A DNA stretch of 63,874 nt, filler included, from an uncultured Methanoregulaceae archaeon (GTDB lineage: Archaea; Halobacteriota; Methanomicrobia; Methanomicrobiales; Methanospirillaceae): assembly GCA_964530035.1 (NCBI GenBank). It is 3 parts of 3 records of this genome, joined end to end, with 100 filler letters (N's around TTAATTAATTAA, not from the genome) between each part and the next. Parts side by side here need not be neighbours in the genome. Positions count along the whole stretch, not along the records: positions 22,763 to 45,292 come from CAZGXZ010000019.1; positions 45,393 to 63,874 come from CAZGXZ010000031.1; 1 more part is not named here. One strand, given 5' to 3'. The notes under the pieces are model-generated. The model was not told the DNA's origin and did not search any database. It was given only the letters and a program-made list of their open reading frames with translations. This document shows, one piece after another, positions 38,604 through 48,133 of the stretch. Both the position numbers and the translations under genes were made by a program. Numbering within the stretch: position 1 is the first letter of the stretch; each line of letters starts with the position of its first letter.

Positions 38604-38610
38604 GTGGCTG

Positions 38611-39309
38611 ATGCACCCGGTGGAACAGGTCCTGCTTGAAGTCCTTCAAGCGGGACTATCCGGTCTTGTGGACCCTGGTTGCATCTGCATCGGCGGGACA
38701 GGACCGGTGGGCAGTAAATCGGTCACCATTTCCGAGCAGTGTTTTCATGTCAGGAACGAGTCGATCGGTGACTTCGGCGGTGCCCGGCAAACGGAGTGCG
38801 AGGACATCTTCAGTGGTGATGGCCGGACGGCCGTGTTCACTCTTACCCATCATCCGCAGAACCCACTCCTTGCCGTCGAACACCCCCAGGGGAACCGCCT
38901 TGGTGACCCTGATGGTTACACGGCGGATTACCGGAGCGGTACAGTTACCTTCAGGGTGCCGCCGGGAAAAGGCAAGGACAACATCCGTGTCAGATATACC
39001 CTGGCGTCCTCGGTTGCCGAAATCCTTCATGTTGCGATGACATACGACTATATCGTTACCGTTTCGGCGGATACACGTGAAATCCGTGACGCTATCGCAA
39101 TCGAGGTCATCAGGACCCTCTACCGGGACAGAAATATCCTTGCCGCGAATGGTATCCTGGAGGTCCGCATCAATGAAGGGTACCCCGTGCAGATCTCTGA
39201 CGAAGACGCATCTGAAGCGCTGAACATCGAGTGCAGCCTCGATACGATCATTCCGGTCGAGATACCGGTACCCCCGATTGAGAAGGTGGAGATCGGGAAA
39301 AAAAAGTGA
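38611..39309 (+). CDS. Hypothetical tail protein, possible cap/terminator (Pvc16/DUF4255-like position) with inserted beta domain
   Basis: Last gene of the locus; N-terminal helix VEQVLLEVLQAGL, YDYIVTVSA strand, C-terminal PVEIPVPPIEKVEI. Confidence 0.45.
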   Translation: MHPVEQVLLEVLQAGLSGLVDPGCICIGGTGPVGSKSVTISEQCFHVRNESIGDFGGARQTECEDIFSGDGRTAVFTLTHHPQNPLLAVEHPQGNRLGDPDGYTADYRSGTVTFRVPPGKGKDNIRVRYTLASSVAEILHVAMTYDYIVTVSADTREIRDAIAIEVIRTLYRDRNILAANGILEVRINEGYPVQISDEDASEALNIECSLDTIIPVEIPVPPIEKVEIGKKK

Positions 39310-39552
39310 TGGCCTGGTCACCATAATCGCATGTGGTTTTTGCCTTCTGCTTGGCAAGGGTAGCTGCCTGACCTGCCCTTTCAGGAGGCACCCTGTATTT
39401 TCTGGAAATCCCCTCCATTGCAATAATAACTACACCATCCTTTCCGTCCGGGCCTGACTGCGAGGAGATTATCAGTTATCCTGAAGTATTTAACCAAGCG
39501 GGAACCACCATTTCCAGCACCGCCCGACCCTCGGGGATCCGGGGAACCTGCA

Positions 39553-41295
39553 ATGACGATACCCGCCCTCATACTTCAGGATACATGCCTTGCCTCGGCC
39601 TTCATCACCTTCGGCCTGGGTATCCTGATCCTCTCACGGAACCGTGAGACAACGGCAAACCGGATATTCATCGCGGTCATGTTTTTTGCGACATACTGGG
39701 CCCTTGGAGAGTTCTTTTTCTGGAATGCCGCATCCTTTGAATCGGCAGTGTTCTGGTTGAAGGCCAGTGCCTTCTGGCCGCTCACCGTTGCCTGCACCAT
39801 CCATTTTGTCCTGGTCTTTGCCCATCCATCCGCTCAAAAAACAAAAGAATACCTGGCATTTCTCACCTGCACCTATCTTCCCGCCGTTGTGCTCTCCCTC
39901 ACCGGGTTATGCACCGACTCGATATACCTCGTGGAACCTCTTGAGGGGGGCGGATTTGCGTATATCCCGGTCCTTGAAAGCCCTGCATACCTGTTCCAGG
40001 TCCTGTTCATCATCGGCGTCATGCTGATCGGGATGTATATCAGCCTGGCATGCTGGAGGCGGTCGGGCCAGGGAACAAAACGCCGTCAGAACCTGATACT
40101 TGCCGCCGGAATAGCGACCGTGATCCTGTCGGGCCTGCCGTCCGGCATTATCCTCCCGGCACTCGGAATTTTCGTCCCTAACACCGTTTTCATCGGGATA
40201 GCGCTTTTTTCACTCATTATCTCGTAGGCCATCCTGAACTACGACCTCTTTACCCTAAGCCCCCAGACTGCCGTTACCGAGATCATCAGGACGATGCCTG
40301 ACGGACTCCTGATTGTAGATATGAATGGTAAGATAACGTCCACGAACTCCTCTGCACGGAGGTTGTTCGGCATGTCCGGGACCGGACAGGTATCTCCCGA
40401 TGCCAGGAGCGTGCTGGGAGGTGAGGTCTTTTCACAGGTCCATGACCGTATTGCCAGGGAAGGGAGCATATCAGACTACGAGGTGGACCTGAGCAGGGAC
40501 GAATACCGTGTGTTCAGCATTGCAGGAACGGGTGTCCCGGGACCTTATGGGAAGACCGCCGGGATGGTCCTTGTCGTCCGGGATATCACCGGAAGAAAGC
40601 TTTCGCAACGGGCCCTGCTCCAGGCAAACGAAAGGATCTCCCTCCTGACCCGGTTGACCCGCCACGATATTGCCAACATGGTCCATGCTCTCCATGGTTA
40701 CCTGACACTCATGAAAGAGCAGAAAGGATGTGCCGTCGACGAGTCATCACTTGACTCAAGCATGGTCCTCGTTGAAAGGATCATCAAGACCCTGGACCTT
40801 TCACGTGAATACCAGGAAATGGGTCCCGGAAAACCCTGCTGGCAGGTACTTGAGGATGTTGTCCGGACAACTGCGCAGGACATCCTCCCCGACGAGATCA
40901 ACCTGGAAACCGACCTCGCCGGGGTAGGTATTTTTGCCGACCAGCTCTTTTCAAAGGTCATATACAACCTGTTTGACAACGCAGTCCGTCATGGAGGAAC
41001 TATTACGAGGATCAGGGTCACGAAACAGGCAGTCCCCGGCAGTACCATGGTAATCCTTTTTGAAGATGACGGGGAAGGGATCGCCGACGAGGAGAAGGAA
41101 CTTATATTCAGGTATGGATTTGGCAGGAATACCGGGCTTGGACTCGCATTGTCGAGGGATATCCTGTCGGTAACCGGTATGACGATCAGGGAGACCGGGA
41201 AGAAAGGCATTGGAGCCAGCTTCGAGATCCATGTGCCCGCCGGGTCTTGGATGTCATATTCACCAGGAGACCCTGAAAAAAGAAATCAGCAATAA
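39553..41295 (+). pseudogene. HisKA_7TM-PAS-histidine kinase interrupted by an in-frame TAG at 40225-40227
   Basis: ORFs 39553-40227 and 40294-41295 share one frame with only the TAG between them; RHDIAN H-box, NLFDNA, DDGEG and GLGL motifs. Confidence 0.8.
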
Positions 41296-41338
41296 ACGCG
41301 GATATCTGGAAAGATGTGGGAATGCCCGATATGTGTCA

Positions 41339-44300
41339 TTACCCGAATACCAGTACTTTGGATCCCAGTTTCGAGTAAGCAGCAGCGTTTCCTCCGAGTT
41401 TCTCCGTGGCAAAGGTATATGTCCGGTAGGGGAGCCCAATCCCCTGCCCGGGAACCGATAACACGGTTCGTCCGGAGCCATCACCGGGTCCCGGGTAACC
41501 AGGCCGGGCAACCACGGATGATGATGGAGGAGTGGGTGTATCCTGACCGGGTTGTAGAGGGGGGGTGGTTCCCGGTGCTGATGTCCCTGTCGCGGAAGGA
41601 ACCGGCCCTCTCCCCGGTGTCACCCGCGTCGTGGGTGTCACCGTGACCTGCGTGCTGACCAGCGGACGAAGGAATCCTCCGTTCTTGAGTGAATAGGTTT
41701 TTCCTGCGAGGACCTTGTTGGCCGCGAGGCTCTGGTCATAGGAGACCGTGTAGCCGTTTCCGATAATGTTGGTGATCGAAGTTCCGGTAATACCCCCGGT
41801 ATCCTCCAGGCTGGTAAGGACCGAGTTGCCGGTCACGGTCCACTGGCTTGAAGCATCAAGGGTCAGGGCGGCCTTGTTAATGGTTCCTGAATATCTGGTG
41901 CCGTTTTTAAGTGATGCGGTTATTGAACTGATGGTATCAGAAACGATTGAACCTGAAAGGGCGACGTTGTCCGAGGTAAAAGTAACCATTCCGCCGTTCG
42001 ATCCACTGGTGCCCCAGCTGCCTGCACCGGCTTTCAGGAGTGTCCCGGAACTGCTTGCAACCTCTGTCCCTTTCAGGGTTATTACTGCCTTCGTATTTGT
42101 CACATAAAATGCAGGGCCGGTTGTCGATGGCCAGGTATACTTTCCGCCTGTCATAACGAGGGAACTGGTGCCCGTTTCAGCATCTCCTGACATGCTCTGG
42201 TACATCATGATCCCGTTGTCCTTGGAACCTTTGGCTCCCGAAATGATGGTGTCCTTGAGGGTTACGGAATTGGCTCCCTCAACAACGACAGCCTCGGCGT
42301 TCGTTGCCCGTATTGTCGCCCCGCTCACCGACATATCACCCGTGGAATAGATACCCGGGGAATCGGTCCCTGAAGAGGTGACGGTTCCTCCCTTGACCAC
42401 CACGGTCCCTCCTCCCCGGTCAGTGGCCAGTGGTGCCCCGTTAGCTCCCGTCGTCTTGATATCGACATTTGTCAGGTATAAGGAACCGCCGTTGCTGGTC
42501 ATTACTCCATGGCCTCCCTTGCCTGTCGCGGAGATGGTTGCGTCAGACAGGGTGATTGAAGACCCCGTTCCTGAAGGAAATGCTCCATTCGCTCCGCTCC
42601 CGCTTGTAGTGATGCTGCCACCCGATATCGTTACCTTTCCTCCGTTATTCGCGAGAACTGCGGCATTCAGGCCGTAAAAGCTGCTGGCATCGTTCGAAGA
42701 GGTGTCACCGGTGGTCACTACGGCAGGATTGATCAGGTTCAGGCTTCCTCCGTTGGTCACGTACACCGCGGAAACATCATCCGTATCGGAGCGGTAATTT
42801 GCATCCCGGATGGTCGCCGAACCGCCATTCAGGGTATAGATCCCGGAAAAGGTTGCAGTGCTGGTTCCTGTCGAACCTCCCGGCACCGTCCCGGTGGCAG
42901 GGTCGGCCGGGATTGTACCGTCCGGAGGAGTTCCGCCCCCCTGCATGCCTCCCGGAATGTTCATAGGAGTGGTCCCATTCCTGTTATCAGGCCGGTTCCC
43001 CGGGGGGGTCACGTTCATGGTTCCAGGCATGGAACCCGGTCTGAAACCGGTCATGTTACCTGCCATTCCTCCCGGGGTGCCTCCGGGTCCACCATTCATG
43101 CCCCCCTGCATGCCGCCCGATGAGCCGTATGTCGTTACCACACCGGACAGGGTCAGGCCGGTTACCTGTGTACCGGGAGTGTACTTTCCACCAGAATACA
43201 GGCCGTCGGTTAGCGTTCCGGTTGAACTTCCTCCGGAATAAACCGTATAGGTGGCACCCTTCACCAGTCCGGGTGAGCTGAACAACGCAGACTCGTACAT
43301 TTTCGATGGCGAAAATGTGACCACATCTTCCCCTCCTGCTGATTCAATATGGGCCAGGGTGCCGGCGGGCTGTGTTGCAGAGTAGACCAGCATCATGGAA
43401 GGCTGGGTCGAGGAACTGCTTGCAGCCATGGCCATTCCCGAGCTCCCTGTAGCAAGGACGAGTCCTCCTGATATTGAAAAATCCCCGAGGTAGTCTATCG
43501 GACTGTCGCCATCGGACGTTGGCCCGTTGACGATGACCGTGCCGCCCGACATGGAGATTGGTCCGGTGATGTCAAGACCATCGCCGCCGGAATCAACGAA
43601 GAGGTATCCTCCTTTGATGAACAGGGGATTGTCACCCGATGTCGCGGAGACATCCCGACCGGAACTGCCATCAGCGGGGACCGTGTTCACCCCGTCATCT
43701 CTCGCAACAAGGTGGGTCGTGCCACCGTTCAGGGTTATCTCCGCGGCTTCAAGGCCCTCGTAACATTTTGTGATCCTGATGTCGCCGCCATCGATAGAGA
43801 GCGTACCTTCGGCATGGACCGCGTCGTCCCCGGAAGCAAGGGTGAGGGACCCACCATCAAGCGTGATGTCACCATCAGAATGAAGGGCGTCATCCGCGGT
43901 ATCAATCACGAGGCTGCCACCAGTGACGACCAGTGACGTGTTCGCCTTCAGCCCCTTGGTACTGACCAAGCTCGTGCTGTCAGTATCAGGGGCAGATGAC
44001 CCTTGCATGGGCCCCATGCCCCGGGGATCGGAGGAGCCTGTTGAAGTCACATTACTGCTCCCACCCCCTGCGGTGATGGATATTTCTCCGCCATTAACGG
44101 TCAGGGCGCTCTCCGCCTGGATTCCGTCCGCCCCGGAAACAATCCTGATGGTGCCGTCCTCAATCGTTACAAATCCCTTCTCCTTGTCTTCATCGTTATT
44201 GGACTGGATCCCGTCCCCGGCGGCATGTATGGTGAGGGCTCCTCCTTTCATGACAACGGAGTCCCTGCCTCTGATCCCGTCATTGACGGCATTGACGGTG

Positions 44301-44836
44301 ATACTGCCCGCCGTGATCTTCAGGTCGTCCTTCGAGGTAATCCCGTCGTTAAACCTGCCTGTGACCGTAAGGGAGCCCCCGCCGTTGAGGGTAAGGTCAT
44401 CTTTACTGAAAATGGCGGCATTTGGTTCGTCAGAGTCCGCATCTTCCTGCAGGTAGCTGCTTCCGTCTGTCACGGAGTTTTGTGAATTATCCGCAAGAGA
44501 GATAACCGTTTTATCAGAGTTCAGGACGTAAATGGGTGCCGTCGTGGAACTGGACAGGTCCGCCCCGTCGAGGATGATCCGTACGGTATCCTTGTCACCG
44601 GCATCCACCCGTACCTGGCCGTCTTCAAGAGTCCCGCTTACCGTGAAAGTTCCTGCCGCGGTAATGGTCACTATGCTTCCATCTACGGTTGCATTTGTCC
44701 CATCCAGGGTTATCGTGTCACCCTGCAGAAGGATCCTGTTCCCCTGTCCGCTGTCACCCGATGAATCTCCCCATGCCCCGCTTGTTGCAGCAAGGGAAAG
44801 GACAAGTGCCAGCAGCACTGCGCTTGTTGTTTTCAT
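41339..44836 (-). CDS. Large secreted protein: Cthe_2159/DUF4353-like carbohydrate-binding beta-helix plus a second beta-helix domain
   Basis: Signal peptide; ITAAGTFTVSGTLEDGQV, AAIFSKDDL, DGIRGRD and DDALHSDG repeats; Gly/Met/Pro linkers. Confidence 0.85.
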   Translation of the reverse strand: MKTTSAVLLALVLSLAATSGAWGDSSGDSGQGNRILLQGDTITLDGTNATVDGSIVTITAAGTFTVSGTLEDGQVRVDAGDKDTVRIILDGADLSSSTTAPIYVLNSDKTVISLADNSQNSVTDGSSYLQEDADSDEPNAAIFSKDDLTLNGGGSLTVTGRFNDGITSKDDLKITAGSITVNAVNDGIRGRDSVVMKGGALTIHAAGDGIQSNNDEDKEKGFVTIEDGTIRIVSGADGIQAESALTVNGGEISITAGGGSSNVTSTGSSDPRGMGPMQGSSAPDTDSTSLVSTKGLKANTSLVVTGGSLVIDTADDALHSDGDITLDGGSLTLASGDDAVHAEGTLSIDGGDIRITKCYEGLEAAEITLNGGTTHLVARDDGVNTVPADGSSGRDVSATSGDNPLFIKGGYLFVDSGGDGLDITGPISMSGGTVIVNGPTSDGDSPIDYLGDFSISGGLVLATGSSGMAMAASSSSTQPSMMLVYSATQPAGTLAHIESAGGEDVVTFSPSKMYESALFSSPGLVKGATYTVYSGGSSTGTLTDGLYSGGKYTPGTQVTGLTLSGVVTTYGSSGGMQGGMNGGPGGTPGGMAGNMTGFRPGSMPGTMNVTPPGNRPDNRNGTTPMNIPGGMQGGGTPPDGTIPADPATGTVPGGSTGTSTATFSGIYTLNGGSATIRDANYRSDTDDVSAVYVTNGGSLNLINPAVVTTGDTSSNDASSFYGLNAAVLANNGGKVTISGGSITTSGSGANGAFPSGTGSSITLSDATISATGKGGHGVMTSNGGSLYLTNVDIKTTGANGAPLATDRGGGTVVVKGGTVTSSGTDSPGIYSTGDMSVSGATIRATNAEAVVVEGANSVTLKDTIISGAKGSKDNGIMMYQSMSGDAETGTSSLVMTGGKYTWPSTTGPAFYVTNTKAVITLKGTEVASSSGTLLKAGAGSWGTSGSNGGMVTFTSDNVALSGSIVSDTISSITASLKNGTRYSGTINKAALTLDASSQWTVTGNSVLTSLEDTGGITGTSITNIIGNGYTVSYDQSLAANKVLAGKTYSLKNGGFLRPLVSTQVTVTPTTRVTPGRGPVPSATGTSAPGTTPPLQPGQDTPTPPSSSVVARPGYPGPGDGSGRTVLSVPGQGIGLPYRTYTFATEKLGGNAAAYSKLGSKVLVFG

Positions 44837-44978
44837 ATCACGTTTTCCTCCTTGTCTGCTCTGAGTTCAGCAAAGGCAGGATGTGCCCTGGGGGTCAGCC
44901 CGGGTCAGAGGTTCTCTATTGGTTATTTATCCTGCCGGTGATTGCATCTCAAACCAGTGAGTGTCATCTTAATTTGAT

Positions 44979-45010
44979 ATAATGTAAAGTTTGCATTACA
45001 TTATTTAAAA
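44979..45010 (-). promoter_or_regulatory. Palindromic operator ATAATGTAA-N8-TTACATTAT abutting a TATA-like element
   Basis: Perfect 9-bp inverted repeat at 44979-44987 / 44996-45004; minus-strand AAAAAGA-TTTTAAATA BRE/TATA-like sequence overlaps it. Confidence 0.6.
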
Positions 45011-45292
45011 TCTTTTTACCCCCCGGGATATCACCCTTGCAGGAAGCATCTCATACGGGCCGACGTGCAGGGATGAAAAACGGAGGAGCCGTTCATATGG
45101 CTTTTGAGAGGTACGCAGAGAAGGGAAGCCCGGTTTGTCCACCATCAGGCACGACCGTGAAGGAACCGTCGAACTCATGCGGCAGTCTGGGAAAACCGAT
45201 TCCTGAAAAGGAGCAGATTTAGCGGAACTAAAAATCTATTTTTTACGAATAATTCTTCCTTGCCTGACATAATGAGCAGGTAATCTGCATGA

Positions 45293-45392
45293 NNNNNNNN
45301 NNNNNNNNNNNNNNNNNNNNNNNNNNNNNNNNNNNNTTAATTAATTAANNNNNNNNNNNNNNNNNNNNNNNNNNNNNNNNNNNNNNNNNNNN
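45293..45392. other. Artificial contig linker (N44-TTAATTAATTAA-N44)
   Basis: Same spacer as at 22663-22762. Confidence 0.97.
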
Positions 45393-46495
45393 AGGGCGTG
45401 AATAAAACCCTCGACGCGGTCATGGAGCCGGTCAACGAGGCGCTCAGGGTCTCGAAGGAGTTTGCAGCCACGAACTTCGCCGCCCGGGTCGACCCGTCCC
45501 TCAAGGTCGCCGGTGACTGGGTCACCCTGAGGGACGCCCTGAACAATATCGGCTCTGAGGTCTCAAAGGCGATCAGCCTGATCACCTCCCGGGTGACCGA
45601 CCTCGCCTCGTCCGCCGAGGAAGCGAATGCGTCGGTCGAGGAGGTCGCGTCCGGCTCGTCCCAGGTCTCGAAAAATGTCACGAAAGTCAGCAGCAACATG
45701 GAGCATGTCAGGGGGAGCGCCGGCCAGGTCATGCGGGCCATGGAGGACCTCTCGGTGACAGTCCAGTCGGTCGCCACCAAGAGCGAGTCGGTCTCGCGGC
45801 TCGCGATGGATGCAAACGACCTCTCGAAGAAGGGTGCAGGCCTCGCGAAGAACGCCGACAACGGAATGGCCGCGATCACGAAGAACACCGCCCAGGTCGC
45901 GGAGATCGTCGACCAGATCAAGGGCCAGATGACCCAGATCGGCAAGATCGTCGGGCTCATCAGCGACCTTGCCAGCCAGACGAACCTGCTCGCCATGAAC
46001 GCGGCGATAGAAGCCGCCCGTGCCGGCGATGCAGGGAGGGGGTTCGCCGTTGTCGCCACCGAGGTGAAATCCCTCGCCCAGGAGTCACGGGCATCGGCCG
46101 AGAACATCGCCTCGATGATCGGCTCCCTCGAGAAGATGACCCTCGAGGCATCGGATGCAATGCACGAGTCAGGGAAGACCGTCGAAGAAGGGAGCCGGGC
46201 ACTCTCCGAGACGCTCGAGGTCTTCAACCGGATCGTCGGGTCCATCAGTCAGATCACCACCAACGTCGAGGAGGTCGCAAGTGCGTCCCAGGAACAGGCG
46301 GCCTCGGTCGAGGAGATCACGGCCAGCGTGAACGAGGTGAACGACCTCGTGGAACAGACCGGCAGGGAGTCGATGGACGCTGCCGCGGCAAGCGAGGAGG
46401 CGACCGCCTCCCTTGACCAGATCGCGAAGATCGTCGGAAACCTCAACGTCATCGTCGAGGACGTATCAAAGGAGATGCGCCGGTTCAGGGTCTGA
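45393..46495 (+). CDS. Methyl-accepting chemotaxis protein, C-terminal part
   Basis: [37 protein letters not shown] signalling hairpin; 5' end lost in gap. Confidence 0.95.
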
Positions 46496-46739
46496 ACCGG
46501 TCCCTGCCCGGAGTGTCAGCGGCAGGTCCCCGACCGCACGGGGGTGCCGGGTCCATACTCTTTTTCCCGGTCCTCCGCACTCCGTGACGTTTTTTCACTG
46601 GCAACCGGGAGACGGGTCGCGAGCCCGTTCCTGGTTCCGGGCCTGCGCCAGGGCCCTGAAATGGCGATGCCAACCGTCTTTTCCCGCTTCCTCGCACGCA
46701 AGACCTAATGCCGGTCAAGGGGAACATTTTAGGTCAGGA

Positions 46740-47960
46740 ATGGCCATGCCAGGAGATGTTCAGGTCGGAGAAGGAAGCGGGGCCAGGTCTCCCCCTTCCC
46801 GCGTTTTCTCGACCCTGTTCATCTCGGTCTTCGTGACCATGCTCGGCCTCGGGATCGTGATCCCCCTCCTGCCGTACTACGCCGAGAGCCTCGGGGCCTC
46901 GGGGTTGTGGATAGGGGCCATATTTTCAGGCTTCTCGCTCTCGCGGGCGCTCATCATGCCGTTCATCGGCCGGATGTCCGACGTCCACGGCCGGAGGAGG
47001 TTCATTCTTTCCGGCCTCCTCCTCTTCACCGTCCTCTCGTTCGTGTATGTCATCGCCGACACCGTCTTCGCGCTCGTTGCCGTCAGGATATTCCACGGCA
47101 TCGCCTCGGCCATGGTCCTCCCGCTCGCGATGGCGTACATCGCCGACCTCGCACCGCCCGGGGAGGAGGGGATCAGGATCGGGACCTTCACCGTCTCGAT
47201 GTACATCGGGATGGGGCTCGGGCCGCTCATCGGCGGGGTCCTCATGCAGGTATCGGGGATAGACGCGGTCTTCATCGTGATGGGCGTCCTCTCGGCAGCG
47301 GCCCTCGTGGTCTGCGCCGCAAGCCTCCCCGAGTCGGGCCACAGGGAGACCGTGGTCCATAAAAAGGCACGCTTCTTCAGTCACCCCGTGCTGAACGTCG
47401 CCCTTTTCTTCCAGTTCATGAACGCGTTCGCGAGCGGGACGATCTTCGTCTTCCTGCCGGTGATCGCCGCCGACCAGCAGCACCTGTCCACAGGGGCGAT
47501 CGGGCTTGTCGTCTCCGTGAACATCCTCTCGACGGCACTCCTCCAGCGCCCCTTCGGCCGGCTTGCCGACCGGTACTCCCGGTCGCACCTGGTCGTCCTC
47601 GGCACGGTCATCGTTGCGGCCGGGATGCTCCTGATACCGTTTGCACCGGGGGTCGGCGGTTTTCTCGCCCTCTCCCTCCTGGTGGGTGCCGGGAGCGGGC
47701 TCTCGATGCCGGCTGCACTCGCCATCGTCACGGTCGCCGGCAGGGATATCGGACAGGGGGCCGCGATGGGTGCATTCAACATGGCCATGGGTGCCGGGAT
47801 GGTCATCGCCCCCCTGCTCATGGGCATGGTCATGGACCGGTCCGGAGTCATGTCCGTCTTCTTCATCGGGGGCATGATAACGGTCGTTTCAGCCGCCATC
47901 CTCCATCTCCTCTTCAGGAGGCAGGGGTCCCGGGCCGCCCTTGCGGGCAGGGGTCCCTGA
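46740..47960 (+). CDS. MFS transporter (DHA1/TetA-like)
   Basis: GRMSDVHGRR and GRLADRYSR motif A repeats; about 12 TM segments. Confidence 0.9.
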   Translation: MAMPGDVQVGEGSGARSPPSRVFSTLFISVFVTMLGLGIVIPLLPYYAESLGASGLWIGAIFSGFSLSRALIMPFIGRMSDVHGRRRFILSGLLLFTVLSFVYVIADTVFALVAVRIFHGIASAMVLPLAMAYIADLAPPGEEGIRIGTFTVSMYIGMGLGPLIGGVLMQVSGIDAVFIVMGVLSAAALVVCAASLPESGHRETVVHKKARFFSHPVLNVALFFQFMNAFASGTIFVFLPVIAADQQHLSTGAIGLVVSVNILSTALLQRPFGRLADRYSRSHLVVLGTVIVAAGMLLIPFAPGVGGFLALSLLVGAGSGLSMPAALAIVTVAGRDIGQGAAMGAFNMAMGAGMVIAPLLMGMVMDRSGVMSVFFIGGMITVVSAAILHLLFRRQGSRAALAGRGP

Positions 47961-48133
47961 AGACCCCGCCGGTGACCGGTCCGACACACATAATCGGACT
48001 GACCGGGGCCCCGGGGGGATGTCGGGGCGTACTGGCGGCGAGGCCGCTATCCAGCACTGTCCACCCAGGAACAGCCAGGTAACCTGTCCGCGGCTGATCT
48101 GGCAAGAAAAGGTATGAACCAGGAATGAAAGGG

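Noticed and set aside
22813..39309. Intact provirus
   Set aside because: No head, packaging, integrase or replication genes in this contig, and a host-type gene interrupts it; cannot be fully excluded because the left end is missing
22813..39309. Type VI secretion system
   Set aside because: No TssJLM membrane complex, TssK or ClpV in view; it has tape-measure/chaperone-type genes and a phage-like baseplate J instead
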